From Bacteroidota bacterium (GTDB taxonomy: Bacteria; Bacteroidota; Bacteroidia; Sphingobacteriales; Sphingobacteriaceae), in contig JBEDFI010000001.1 of assembly GCA_041175245.1 (NCBI GenBank), positions 1-33,579 on the forward strand: 33,579 nt of DNA. The letters are read 5' to 3'. A program made the translations under genes and the position numbers. The notes below the pieces were generated by a model, which did no database searches, was not told where the DNA came from, and saw only the letters and a program-made list of their open reading frames with translations. Shown piece after piece: positions 8,241-17,308 of this stretch (position 1 is the first letter of the stretch; each line of letters starts with the position of its first letter).

Positions 8241-8309
8241 ATTTGAAGCAAGTTACCAATAATATGAAACTCGAATGACTGGCTAGACCGGTAAATTGCC
8301 CAAAAATTG

Positions 8310-8317
8310 TAATTTTG
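8310..8317 (+). promoter_or_regulatory. Bacteroidota-type -7 promoter box (TAnnTTTG) 4 nt upstream of the lipA ATG
   Basis: The sequence reads TAATTTTG-tttc-ATG(8322). Confidence 0.4.
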
Positions 8318-8321
8318 TTTC

Positions 8322-9200
8322 ATGATCGAGTTACCGGTAATTCCTGTCAACCAAATGCAGCGCAAGCCCGACTGGCTTCGGGTAAAATTACCGGTGGGTA
8401 AAGAATATGCACACGTTCGTAACCTGGTCGATACACACAAGCTACATACCATTTGCGAAAGCGGCAATTGCCCCAATATGGGCGAATGTTGGGGAGCAGG
8501 TACGGCTACTTTTATGATCTTGGGTAATATTTGTACCCGCTCTTGCTCTTTTTGTGCCGTAGCTACCGGCCGACCATTGGCTGTTGATTTGGATGAACCC
8601 AACCGGGTAGCCAATTCTGTAAAACTGATGCAGGTAAAGCATTGCGTGATTACCTCAGTGGATCGGGATGATTTAAAAGACGGTGGTTCTACCATCTGGG
8701 CCGAAACAATTTTAGCCATCCGTCGCGAAAGCCCTGAAACTACCTTAGAAACATTAATCCCTGATTTCAAAGGCATTTGGGATAATCTTGAACGAGTTTT
8801 GGCAGTACGTCCAGAAGTAGTTTCTCACAATCTGGAAACCGTACGTCGACTTACCCGTGAGGTTCGGATTCAGGCTAAATACGATCGCAGTTTGGAATGT
8901 TTGAGCCGTATTTCCGCCGCTGGTATACGGACAAAATCAGGCATTATGCTGGGTTTGGGGGAGACAGAGGAAGATGTGATGGAAGCCATGGCCGATTTAT
9001 TGAAAGCCGGTGTGCACATCCTCACGCTCGGCCAGTATTTACAACCAAGCCGAAACCATCACCCGGTTATCGACTGGATTAGGCCCGAACAATTCGAAAA
9101 ATACAAGAAAATCGGCTTAGAAATGGGCTTCAGATACGTAGAAAGTGGGCCACTGGTTCGATCTTCATACCACGCTGAAAAGCATTTATTCGACTTATAG
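8322..9200 (+). CDS. lipA: Lipoyl synthase (radical SAM)
   Basis: The protein is 292 aa. Motifs are [10 protein letters not shown], the auxiliary cluster [12 protein letters not shown] and the radical-SAM motif CTRSCSFC. If the mRNA starts near 8322, the true start could instead be M12 (8355). Confidence 0.95.
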   Translation: MIELPVIPVNQMQRKPDWLRVKLPVGKEYAHVRNLVDTHKLHTICESGNCPNMGECWGAGTATFMILGNICTRSCSFCAVATGRPLAVDLDEPNRVANSVKLMQVKHCVITSVDRDDLKDGGSTIWAETILAIRRESPETTLETLIPDFKGIWDNLERVLAVRPEVVSHNLETVRRLTREVRIQAKYDRSLECLSRISAAGIRTKSGIMLGLGETEEDVMEAMADLLKAGVHILTLGQYLQPSRNHHPVIDWIRPEQFEKYKKIGLEMGFRYVESGPLVRSSYHAEKHLFDL

Positions 9201-12032
9201 TTCCGATTGTAAGAATCGTCCGGTATGACTTCTTTCACATTTAACCAGCCCTTCTGGAGTTCCTTCATATAAAATTTCTCCGCCTCCGGCTCCGCCTTCA
9301 GTCCCCAAATCAACTACCCAATCGGCCACTTTAATTACATCTAAATTGTGTTCAATCACCAGCACGGTATTCCCATGATCTACCAGACGGTTGAGTACCC
9401 CCAACAATACGTTAATGTCTTCAAAATGAAGCCCGGTAGTAGGCTCATCCAGAATATAAAAGGTGTTCCCGGTATCTTTCTTGGAAAGTTCGGTGGCCAA
9501 TTTAACCCGTTGGGCTTCGCCTCCTGATAAGGTAGTGGAAGATTGACCGAGGGTTATGTACCCCAAGCCCACATCCTCTAAAGTTTTAATTTTACGATAA
9601 ATAGCCGGAATGGGTTCGAAAAAAGAAACGGCTTCTTCAATGCTCATGTCGAGCACATCGCTGATCGATTTTCCGCGGTAACGCACCTCCAAGGTTTCCC
9701 GATTGTAGCGACGGCCACCACACTCTTCACAAGGTACCTGGACATCCGGGAGGAAATTCATTTCAATAATTTTTAAACCAGCTCCCTGACAGGTTTCACA
9801 GCGACCGCCCTTCACGTTAAATGAAAAACGTCCGGGCTTGTACCCCCTGATCTTCGCTTCAGGCAATTGAACAAATAAGTTTCGGATGTCTGAAAAAACA
9901 CCTGTATAGGTGGACGGATTCGACCGTGGAGTTCGTCCAATCGGGGTTTGATCAATCTCGATCACCTTATCAATATGCTCCAAGCCTTTAATCCCGCCAT
10001 AGGGCATGGGTTTTTTCTTGGATCTGTAGAAATGATGGTTTAAAATAGGATATAAGGTTTCGGCGATGAGGGTAGATTTACCGCTTCCCGAAACACCGGT
10101 AACTCCAATTAAAGTACCCAAAGGGAAATGAACGTTAACATTATTCAGGTTATTTCCACTGGCATTTTCCAGAATTAGTGTTTTTCCATTCCCTTTTCTT
10201 CGCTTTTTGGGCGTTTCAATAGATTTTGTCCCATTGATATAATCGGTGGTCAAGGTATGCACCTTCATCAGCTCTGCGGGCGTGCCCTGGGCTACTACTG
10301 TTCCACCGTGAACACCGGCGGCAGGGCCCATGTCGATCACATGATCGGCCTCGAGAATCATATCCTTATCGTGCTCTACCACCAATACCGAATTGCCGAT
10401 ATCTCTTAAATTTTTTAGTGCATGTATTAGTCTGCTGTTATCCCGCTGATGTAAACCAATGCTCGGTTCATCCAAAATATAGAGCACATTCGACAATTGT
10501 GAACCGATCTGAGTAGCCAAACGGATACGCTGTGCCTCTCCCCCGGACAGAGTTTTGGCGGTTCGATTCAGTGTTAAATAGTTGAGTCCGACACTGAGCA
10601 AAAACCCAATTCTTGATTTAATTTCTTTGATGATCTCTTTCGCAATACTAAGCTGACGTTCATTCAATTGTTTCTCCAGCTGATCGAACCAATCGGCAAG
10701 TGTATCAATATCCATGCAGGCCAGCTCATAAATATTTTTCTGCGCAAGCTTAAAATGCAACGATTCCTTCTTAAGTCGGGCACCCTCACACTCGGGACAG
10801 GTTTTAATAGATCTGAAAGTTTCTAAATCTGCTAAAGCTTCCTCTCCCCGACGTTCGTGTTGTTCTTCCAGGAGTTTAATGATCCCTTCAAACTCGATTT
10901 GATAGTTCTTAACGTTCCAGCTATTGTGTGCAACAGGCACCGTTAACACCTCGTCACAACCGTTTAGTATGAGTTCAATTTTTTCCTGAGGAATGTCTTT
11001 TATTGGACTTGATAAGGAAAAGTTTTGCTGCTTGGCCAGAGCCTTTAATAATTGAAAAACCCAAATTTCGCGGTATTCGCCTAGCGGGGCCAAGCCTCCT
11101 TGTATAATACTCAGTTTAGGATCAGGAATCACCGAAGCTTGATCTACCTCAAAGATGGTGCCCAGGCCATTACATTTTTCACAGGCTCCGTATGGAGAGT
11201 TGAAGGAAAAGGTGTTTGGCTGTGGTTCATCGTAGGAGATCCCCGATTCGGGATCCATTAAAAACTTACTGAAGAAATAATCTTTATTACTTTGATCACT
11301 GATTTTAATAATTCCTTTCGCAAGCTTCAAGGCAATTTGTATGGCTTGTTGAATGCGCTTTTTATCCTCATCGTTCACCAATAACCGATCAACTACTATC
11401 TCGATATCATGAATCTTATAGCGGTCAACCTGCATCTTGGGCCTTAAATCCATTACCTCCCCATCTACCCTCACCTTTAAATAACCCTGTTTACGAATTT
11501 GCTCAAATAACTCACGGTAATGACCTTTTCGACCCTTTACCACCGGAGCTAAAATATGAATGGCTTGCTGGTTGAATTGCTTGAGAATAGTTTGTAGGAT
11601 TTGATCTTCAGACATCCTCTGCATGATCTTGCCACTCACATAAGAATACGCTTCGCCGGCACGGGCATACAGCAAACGCATAAAATCGTAGATCTCGGTG
11701 ATCGTACCCACCGTGGAGCGTGGATTTTTACTGGTTGTTTTTTGTTCAATAGAAATTACCGGACTCAAGCCGGAGATTTTGTCTACATCAGGGCGTTCCA
11801 TGCCCCCCAGAAACTGCCGTGAATAGGCGCTGAACGTTTCCATGTATCGACGCTGCCCCTCAGCATAAATGGTATCAAAAGCAAGCGAAGATTTTCCGCT
11901 GCCACTCAGTCCGGTAATGACTACCAGCTGATTTCTTGGAAAGGAAACATCAATGTTTTTTAAGTTATGCACCCGGGCTCCAAAAACCTCTACATCACGT
12001 TGCTCACCTAAGTCAGGATTTGTCTTTTGCAT
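9195..12032 (-). CDS. uvrA: Excinuclease ABC subunit A
   Basis: Two ABC ATPase modules are present ([14 protein letters not shown]; [10 protein letters not shown]; LSGGEAQR twice) with Zn-finger Cys pairs. The ORF extends to 12095. I chose the ATG at 12030-12032 (MQKTNPDLG...), which gives a typical length of about 945 aa. The stop overlaps lipA by 6 nt. Confidence 0.95.
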   Translation of the reverse strand: MQKTNPDLGEQRDVEVFGARVHNLKNIDVSFPRNQLVVITGLSGSGKSSLAFDTIYAEGQRRYMETFSAYSRQFLGGMERPDVDKISGLSPVISIEQKTTSKNPRSTVGTITEIYDFMRLLYARAGEAYSYVSGKIMQRMSEDQILQTILKQFNQQAIHILAPVVKGRKGHYRELFEQIRKQGYLKVRVDGEVMDLRPKMQVDRYKIHDIEIVVDRLLVNDEDKKRIQQAIQIALKLAKGIIKISDQSNKDYFFSKFLMDPESGISYDEPQPNTFSFNSPYGACEKCNGLGTIFEVDQASVIPDPKLSIIQGGLAPLGEYREIWVFQLLKALAKQQNFSLSSPIKDIPQEKIELILNGCDEVLTVPVAHNSWNVKNYQIEFEGIIKLLEEQHERRGEEALADLETFRSIKTCPECEGARLKKESLHFKLAQKNIYELACMDIDTLADWFDQLEKQLNERQLSIAKEIIKEIKSRIGFLLSVGLNYLTLNRTAKTLSGGEAQRIRLATQIGSQLSNVLYILDEPSIGLHQRDNSRLIHALKNLRDIGNSVLVVEHDKDMILEADHVIDMGPAAGVHGGTVVAQGTPAELMKVHTLTTDYINGTKSIETPKKRRKGNGKTLILENASGNNLNNVNVHFPLGTLIGVTGVSGSGKSTLIAETLYPILNHHFYRSKKKPMPYGGIKGLEHIDKVIEIDQTPIGRTPRSNPSTYTGVFSDIRNLFVQLPEAKIRGYKPGRFSFNVKGGRCETCQGAGLKIIEMNFLPDVQVPCEECGGRRYNRETLEVRYRGKSISDVLDMSIEEAVSFFEPIPAIYRKIKTLEDVGLGYITLGQSSTTLSGGEAQRVKLATELSKKDTGNTFYILDEPTTGLHFEDINVLLGVLNRLVDHGNTVLVIEHNLDVIKVADWVVDLGTEGGAGGGEILYEGTPEGLVKCERSHTGRFLQSEL

Positions 12033-12102
12033 GGCCAAAAAAACGCTCAGAATTAGAAGGCAAAGATGCGATAATGTTTGGCAAATAACCAGCATTCCAA
12101 CT

Positions 12103-12131
12103 AAAAAGGCCCCGGAAATCGGGGCCTTTTT
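12103..12131 (-). terminator. Strong intrinsic terminator after the transglycosylase gene (bidirectional shape)
   Basis: AGGCCCCG (12107-12114) pairs with CGGGGCCT (12120-12127) around the loop GAAAT. The 8-bp stem is perfect and GC-rich, and it is flanked by A5 and T5. Confidence 0.85.
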
Positions 12132-12172
12132 AGAACAAAATGATAAATAATCAACAATTAACCTGCAAACTA

Positions 12173-12973
12173 TTATGGGCTCGTATGAATGATACCCCTC
12201 AAAAGGTTATTAGTATAAAAACGAGTATCCGGAAGGTTTATTGCATAGGAAGGAATCGGTGCTTTATCGTACCCATGTAAATTGGGATGTTCGATGATCT
12301 CTTTGACTGCAATGAGTTTGTATACATAAATAGAAGTCTCCGGATTGAACCGGATACTGAAGTAGTCGTCTTGCTCTTGCTGCCGGATTAAGCGTTTCAG
12401 TTTATTTTCACCAATATTAAAAGCCGCCGCCACGAGCGTCCAGTTTTTAAATTCTTTGTGGAGGCTGCGGATGTATTTGCAAGCCGCTATGGTTGATTTT
12501 TTTATCTGAAGTCGTTCATCCACTCCGCCGTTCACCTTTAATCCATATTGACGGGCTGTATGAGGCATAAACTGCCACACCCCGGCCGCTCCCTTGTGCG
12601 AAACCCCCGAATGCAATCCACTTTCTACCAAGGGAACATACTTGAAATCGTTCGGAATTCCATAGTCGGCCAGGATGGGTTCCATGATAGGGAACCAAGT
12701 TGACGCCACCCTGTGTAGTCTGTAAGAACGTAAATTATCGTATCCGTAGGTGTTAAACACCCGTTTTACTTTATTCAATACATAATTATCGGTTACCGGT
12801 AAGGATTCATCGGCAAAATGAAGCGAGGCAATATAAGCCTCGTCCCATTTAGGTCCTGCAGCTTTTTTAGCAACGGGCTTGGGAGCATAGGCTGTATTGA
12901 CTAAAAGAAACCTGGAAATCAAGGCCAATAAAAGCAATGCAAAGCTGGCAATGAGTATGTTCTTTGTTTTCAT
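12173..12973 (-). CDS. Membrane-anchored lytic transglycosylase (SLT domain)
   Basis: The protein is 266 aa with an N-terminal TM anchor. SLT motifs are VESGL (catalytic Glu region), GAAGVWQFMPHTARQYGL and AAAFNIGENKL. Confidence 0.8.
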   Translation of the reverse strand: MKTKNILIASFALLLLALISRFLLVNTAYAPKPVAKKAAGPKWDEAYIASLHFADESLPVTDNYVLNKVKRVFNTYGYDNLRSYRLHRVASTWFPIMEPILADYGIPNDFKYVPLVESGLHSGVSHKGAAGVWQFMPHTARQYGLKVNGGVDERLQIKKSTIAACKYIRSLHKEFKNWTLVAAAFNIGENKLKRLIRQQEQDDYFSIRFNPETSIYVYKLIAVKEIIEHPNLHGYDKAPIPSYAINLPDTRFYTNNLLRGIIHTSP

Positions 12974-13005
12974 TACTTATTCAATCATTGAAATGAAAAA
13001 GTATT

Positions 13006-13013
13006 CAAAATTA
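13006..13013 (-). promoter_or_regulatory. Bacteroidota-type -7 promoter box (TAnnTTTG) for the transglycosylase gene
   Basis: The minus strand reads TAATTTTG, 32 nt upstream of the ATG at 12973. Confidence 0.4.
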
Positions 13014-13042
13014 CGCCTTAACCCAATCCAATCCCTCCTAAC

Positions 13043-13051
13043 TTATCCACA
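13043..13051 (+). promoter_or_regulatory. Perfect DnaA box (TTATCCACA)
   Basis: This is an exact 9-mer match to the DnaA-box consensus, in a non-coding divergent intergenic region. Confidence 0.6.
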
Positions 13052-13108
13052 AATCCTGTTATTTAAGCATAAATGAGGCCCTAAGCATCACAAGCTTAAT
13101 TTTAAAGA

Positions 13109-13117
13109 TGTGGATAA
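13109..13117 (-). promoter_or_regulatory. Perfect DnaA box (TTATCCACA on the minus strand)
   Basis: The + strand reads TGTGGATAA. The box is inverted relative to the box at 13043-13051, with 57 bp between them. It lies 24 nt upstream of the rluB-like -7 box, roughly the -33 region. Confidence 0.6.
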
Positions 13118-13141
13118 GCCTGGAATGAAGGCTTTTTTACG

Positions 13142-13149
13142 TATGTTTG
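13142..13149 (+). promoter_or_regulatory. Bacteroidota-type -7 promoter box (TAnnTTTG) for the rluB-like gene
   Basis: TATGTTTG lies 31 nt upstream of the ATG at 13181. Confidence 0.45.
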
Positions 13150-13180
13150 CGTACTTTTTAAGTACTAACACGCATTTTTC

Positions 13181-14503
13181 ATGCCAACTCCAAGACAAAG
13201 GAATCGTCGCGATGACAAGTCCAGCAGCGAAAGAGCTCCCAAAAAGAGCTTCAGCGATCGTAAATCAGGTTTTAAGCCAAAATCCACTGAATCCTTTCGC
13301 CCAAACCGCGATACTGACAAAAAGTCTTTCGAAAAAAAACCGGAACGTTCCTTTAAAACCGGTAAAAAAGATGCGGGCGATTACAAACCTCGAAAAAGTT
13401 TCGACAAAGAAGGTAGTGCAGAGAGTCCAAAGAAATTTGACCGAAGCAGCAAAAGACCATTCGAAACATCAGATAAACGATCTTTCAGAAAAGATGGCGA
13501 TTCAGCAAAACGATCTTTCAGAAAAGAAGGTGATTCAGAAAAGCGACCCTTCAGAAAAGATGGAGATTCAGCAAAGCGATCTTTCAGAAAAGATGAAGAT
13601 TCAGCAAAACGAACTTTCAGAAAAGAAGGAGATACAGATGAGCGCTCAGATTTTACAAAATCTTACAAACGCTCAGATGGTCCACATGAGCGTGGTTACC
13701 AGAAAACCTATAAAGCCAGAAAATCTGCTCCTGAAAGATTGGGTGGCAAAGGTCCGAAAAGACCTACGGCCTCTGCCAAAGATGATGGTCTGATCCGCTT
13801 GAACCGTTATATTTCCAATGCCGGTATTTGTTCACGCCGTAAAGCTGATGAGCTCATTGCCGCCGGCGTGGTTTCCGTGAACGGAACCGTAGTTTCGGAA
13901 CTGGGATTCAGGGTTGACCCTGCCAAGGATGTCATTCGCTACAACGGCGAAACCCTTAAGCGGGAGAAAATGGTGTATGTATTGCTGAATAAGCCGAAGG
14001 ATTACATTACCACTACCGACGATCCACAGGAACGGCGTACCGTTATGCAGCTGGTTGAAAAAGCTTCCAGAGAGCGGATTTACCCGGTGGGGCGCCTAGA
14101 TCGGAACACTACCGGACTGCTATTAATGACCAACGATGGTGATTTGGCTGAAAAATTATCGCACCCAAAAAATAATGTGACCAAGATTTATCATGCGGAA
14201 CTGAACAAAAGCTTGAGCCAGGGCGATTTAAATAAGATTTCGTTTGGTTTAGAGTTGGAGGATGGGTTCATTAAGCCCGATGAAATTACGTATGTTCAGG
14301 GTGCCAGCAAGCGTGAAATCGGCATTCAGATTCACAGTGGCAAAAACCGGATCGTGAGAAGAATTTTTGAGCATTTAGGCTACGAAGTAATTAAACTGGA
14401 CCGGGTAATTTATGCCAATCTTACCAAAAAAGATCTGCCAAGAGGACGCTGGAGGCATCTGGATGAAAAAGAAATCATTCAGCTGAAGCACCTTATCAAA
14501 TAA
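13181..14503 (+). CDS. rluB: RluB/RsuA-family 23S rRNA pseudouridine synthase with a roughly 200-aa basic low-complexity N-terminal extension
   Basis: The protein is 440 aa. It has an S4 domain (IRLNRYISNAGICSRRKADELIAAGVVSVNG) and a catalytic core (IYPVGRLDRNTTGLLLMTNDGDL, with the Asp of GRLD). The N-terminal roughly 200 aa are rich in K, R, S, D and F and contain 11-aa repeats. Confidence 0.88.
   Translation: MPTPRQRNRRDDKSSSERAPKKSFSDRKSGFKPKSTESFRPNRDTDKKSFEKKPERSFKTGKKDAGDYKPRKSFDKEGSAESPKKFDRSSKRPFETSDKRSFRKDGDSAKRSFRKEGDSEKRPFRKDGDSAKRSFRKDEDSAKRTFRKEGDTDERSDFTKSYKRSDGPHERGYQKTYKARKSAPERLGGKGPKRPTASAKDDGLIRLNRYISNAGICSRRKADELIAAGVVSVNGTVVSELGFRVDPAKDVIRYNGETLKREKMVYVLLNKPKDYITTTDDPQERRTVMQLVEKASRERIYPVGRLDRNTTGLLLMTNDGDLAEKLSHPKNNVTKIYHAELNKSLSQGDLNKISFGLELEDGFIKPDEITYVQGASKREIGIQIHSGKNRIVRRIFEHLGYEVIKLDRVIYANLTKKDLPRGRWRHLDEKEIIQLKHLIK
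13475..13639 (+). repeat. Five tandem copies of a 33-nt (11-codon) unit inside the rluB-like gene
   Basis: Copies lie at 13475-13507, 13508-13540, 13541-13573, 13574-13606 and 13607-13639. They encode KRSFRKDGDSA / KRSFRKEGDSE / KRPFRKDGDSA / KRSFRKDEDSA / KRTFRKEGDTD. The copies differ by only a few nucleotides. A degenerate copy (KRPFETSD) precedes the array. Confidence 0.95.
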
Positions 14504-14511
14504 CAGCTTTT

Positions 14512-15639
14512 TTATTGTTGATCTATGATTTCCTGGTAATAGGCTTCGTAAATCGGCAAAATCAATTTCAGATCGAATTCTTTTGCTCTGTTGTAGGCAT
14601 TCTCCTTGAAACTTGCCAACTTATCGTCATCTTCTAAAATGGCAATGGCATGATGTGCCATGGCAGACACATCGCCTACTGGATCGAGATATCCGGTTAC
14701 GCCATCCACGTTTAATTCGGGCAAACCACCTGCATTGGACGTGATAACCGGGACTTTACAAGCCATCGCTTCGAGCGCCGCCAAACCAAAACTTTCTGAT
14801 TCGGATGGCATAATAAATAAATCTGCAACCGATAATATTTCCTCCACTGCATCCTGCTTACCCAAGAAACGAACGTGATCGCAGACGTGTAAGTCGCGGC
14901 ATAATTGTTCGCAATTGGGACGTTCCGGACCATCCCCCACCATCAATAACTTGGCAGGCACTTTCTTTAATAATTTCTCGAAAATAGCGATTACGTCTTG
15001 CGTACGTTTCACTTTCCGGAAATTAGAGGTGTGTACCACAATCCGTTCGTTATTAGGAGCTATGGCTTTCTTAAAATGATCTTTCGCTTTCAATTTAAAG
15101 CGATTCATGTCGACAAAATTAGGAATCACCCGGATGTCTTTCTGAATGTCAAAATGTTTAAAGGTATCTTCCTTCAAATCATGGGAAACCGCGGTTACCC
15201 CATCCGATTGGTTGATAGAAAAAGTGACCACCGGTTTATAGGTCAAATCTTTACCCACCAGGGTGATGTCGGTGCCGTGTAAAGTGGTCACCACCGGAAT
15301 GCGTATCCCATAGGTAGCTAAAATCTGTTTCGCCATGAAAGCTGCAGAAGCATGCGGAATGGCATAATGGACGTGCAGGATGTCGAGTTTTTCGAAGCGC
15401 ACCACATCCACCAGTTTGCAGGCAAGTGCCGACTCATAGGGGGCGTAATCAAAAAGCGGATAATTCGCCACCGACACCTCATGGTAGAACAAGTTTTCAG
15501 AGAAAAAGTCGAGCCGTGCCGGTTGGCTGTAGGTTATGAAATGCACCTGATGACCTTTGTCGGCCAGGCCTTTCCCTAACTCAGTAGCTAATACACCACT
15601 CCCCCCGAAGGTTGGATAGCAAACAATCCCGATTTTCAT
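14512..15639 (-). CDS. bshA: N-acetyl-alpha-D-glucosaminyl L-malate synthase (bacillithiol biosynthesis glycosyltransferase)
   Basis: The protein is 375 aa. The N-terminus MKIGIVCYPTFGGSGVLATELGKGLADKGHQVHFIT, with LDILHVHYAIPHA and TTLHGTDIT, closely resembles Bacillus BshA as I remember it. The fold is GT4. Confidence 0.85.
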   Translation of the reverse strand: MKIGIVCYPTFGGSGVLATELGKGLADKGHQVHFITYSQPARLDFFSENLFYHEVSVANYPLFDYAPYESALACKLVDVVRFEKLDILHVHYAIPHASAAFMAKQILATYGIRIPVVTTLHGTDITLVGKDLTYKPVVTFSINQSDGVTAVSHDLKEDTFKHFDIQKDIRVIPNFVDMNRFKLKAKDHFKKAIAPNNERIVVHTSNFRKVKRTQDVIAIFEKLLKKVPAKLLMVGDGPERPNCEQLCRDLHVCDHVRFLGKQDAVEEILSVADLFIMPSESESFGLAALEAMACKVPVITSNAGGLPELNVDGVTGYLDPVGDVSAMAHHAIAILEDDDKLASFKENAYNRAKEFDLKLILPIYEAYYQEIIDQQ

Positions 15640-15670
15640 ACCGTAAATATCGCTCTATTTTTTCAATAAG

Positions 15671-17296
15671 TTATTTTGATTGAAATGAACGCCGCAAACG
15701 CAGCATCATCACCAGGCCGAAGATCAAGAGTAGTAAAGCCCCCATTAAGCCTGCTTTTGCAATTAAATCAGGATATCGGGTATAAAACGTGAGTTCTTCA
15801 TTTAGATGGATGTCTTGTTTCAGTGCCGTTGCCGTCCACCATGTACTTTGCTGCACCACATCACCCCGCTGATTGATAAATGCAGAAATACCGGTATTGG
15901 CAGAGCGGGCCACCCACCGTCTGTTTTCGATGGCCCTCAGCTTGGCATAGTACAAATGCTGGTCTTTTCCGGAAGTATTACCCCACCAGGCATCATTGGT
16001 GATGATCGCAATAAAGCTGGCGCCTTGTCCAACGCTTTCTGCCACATATTCACCCCAAATAGATTCGTAGCAAATGACCGGTGAAACACCTGTGCCACTC
16101 TGCGCATAAAACACAGAGGGCTTTTCCTGACGACCATATCCACCGGTGGTACCGCCAAAAGCAGAAAAAGCAGGTTTAAGGAAAGCAAGTGCATCAGCGA
16201 AAGGCAATTGCTCTACTCCAGGCACCAATTTAGATTTGTGATAAAACTGCACCCGGGCAGAATTCTCCATCTGAACTGCCGCGTTGAAACTATCATAATA
16301 GAGGCCACTTTGCTCCATTCGGCGGGCAGTAGGTGTTTGGGCATCCTGATAAGTACGGTACGACTCAATACCCGAGAGTACGTTTCCGTTTTTGTACTTA
16401 GTCAGGAATTGCTGCACACTGATGAAATTGCGATTGCTCCGGATTTCCTCTTCGTTTACATATTCTGAAATCGCAGTTTCGGGCCAGATGAAATATTCAG
16501 TATTTGCTTGCCCGAGCGAATCGGATAACCTGATGAGTTGACTAAGTTGTGTGGAAGCCGACAAGCTACCGTACTTGGAATAAGGATCGATATTGGGCTG
16601 CACCACCACCACATTGGCTGGCCGTTCCTCCTCCTGATAATCTTGGTACCGATAGATAGAAAAAGCAGAAGGAATTAGGATTAAACTCAACCAAACATAA
16701 CTTAGGCGACTAATTGTATCGGTGTTAAATTTAAGGCGAAAGATTTCAAACAAGAGAATATTACTCATTAGAACCCAAAGCGTTCCGCCGTAAACACCGG
16801 TGTATTCATACCACTGAACCAATTGATGCGTTTGCGCAAATCCATTGCCCAGGTTCATCCATGGGAAAGCCAAATCCCAGCTCTGGTGCAGGTATTCGTA
16901 GCAGATCCAGAAACAAATGAGTGCCAAATACGACCATAACCGATTTAACACCTGCCGAAAAGCGTAATATATCCAGAAAGCTGTCGCCATTAGGAGTGCT
17001 CCCAAACCAAAGGGGATCAGAGAAATGAGCACCGCCACCGGCGCCGGCATCACGGCGTGGAGGGAATTGAAAACCCAGTAAATAGATGCGGTATTCCAAA
17101 TGGAAAATGTCAGAAAAGAAAGAGCAAAAATTTTACGACCCTTCTTTTTAAGGTCGGCCTCAAACAGGTGATCGATGGCAAACAGTAAGGGCACTAATGC
17201 AACCCACAAAACCGGTCCGGTATAGGGAATAGGCGGCCAGGCCAGCCAAAGTAAAAATGCAGTTAAAAGTGCTAAAGCGTAATGCTTACGAGTCAT
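15671..17296 (-). CDS. lnt: Apolipoprotein N-acyltransferase
   Basis: The protein is 541 aa with a polytopic N-terminal half. The C-terminal CN-hydrolase domain carries Glu (IWPETA), Lys (HKSKLVP) and Cys (ICYES) triad motifs. Confidence 0.85.
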   Translation of the reverse strand: MTRKHYALALLTAFLLWLAWPPIPYTGPVLWVALVPLLFAIDHLFEADLKKKGRKIFALSFLTFSIWNTASIYWVFNSLHAVMPAPVAVLISLIPFGLGALLMATAFWIYYAFRQVLNRLWSYLALICFWICYEYLHQSWDLAFPWMNLGNGFAQTHQLVQWYEYTGVYGGTLWVLMSNILLFEIFRLKFNTDTISRLSYVWLSLILIPSAFSIYRYQDYQEEERPANVVVVQPNIDPYSKYGSLSASTQLSQLIRLSDSLGQANTEYFIWPETAISEYVNEEEIRSNRNFISVQQFLTKYKNGNVLSGIESYRTYQDAQTPTARRMEQSGLYYDSFNAAVQMENSARVQFYHKSKLVPGVEQLPFADALAFLKPAFSAFGGTTGGYGRQEKPSVFYAQSGTGVSPVICYESIWGEYVAESVGQGASFIAIITNDAWWGNTSGKDQHLYYAKLRAIENRRWVARSANTGISAFINQRGDVVQQSTWWTATALKQDIHLNEELTFYTRYPDLIAKAGLMGALLLLIFGLVMMLRLRRSFQSK

Positions 17297-17308
17297 CTCT
17301 TGTAATGA

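Noticed and set aside
8237-8776. A 179-aa ORF antisense to lipA. Similar long antisense or alternative-frame ORFs occur at 917-1357, 19636-20034, 23200-23586 and 25007-25432.
   Set aside because: Each is fully embedded in a confidently identified conserved gene (lipA, ansA/tatD, SIMPL, ileS, RND). Their composition is unremarkable and I recognise no motifs, so they are typical shadow ORFs.
12974-13180. The idea that the DnaA-box pair marks the chromosomal origin (oriC).
   Set aside because: Only two boxes are present. I saw no further near-consensus boxes or a clear AT-rich unwinding repeat array in the 207 bp. dnaA and dnaN are not nearby. I kept it as a DnaA-binding or regulatory site rather than calling an origin. 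A whole-genome GC-skew and box scan is needed.
13110-13793. A 227-aa alternative-frame ORF overlapping the 5' third of the rluB-like gene, with its own repeat (DLSEKM.IQQ).
   Set aside because: It is a by-product of the AAA/GAA-rich tandem repeat, which lacks stop codons in a second frame. It starts at a GTG inside the DnaA box and has no recognisable domain. The other frame continues seamlessly into the S4 and pseudouridine synthase domains.
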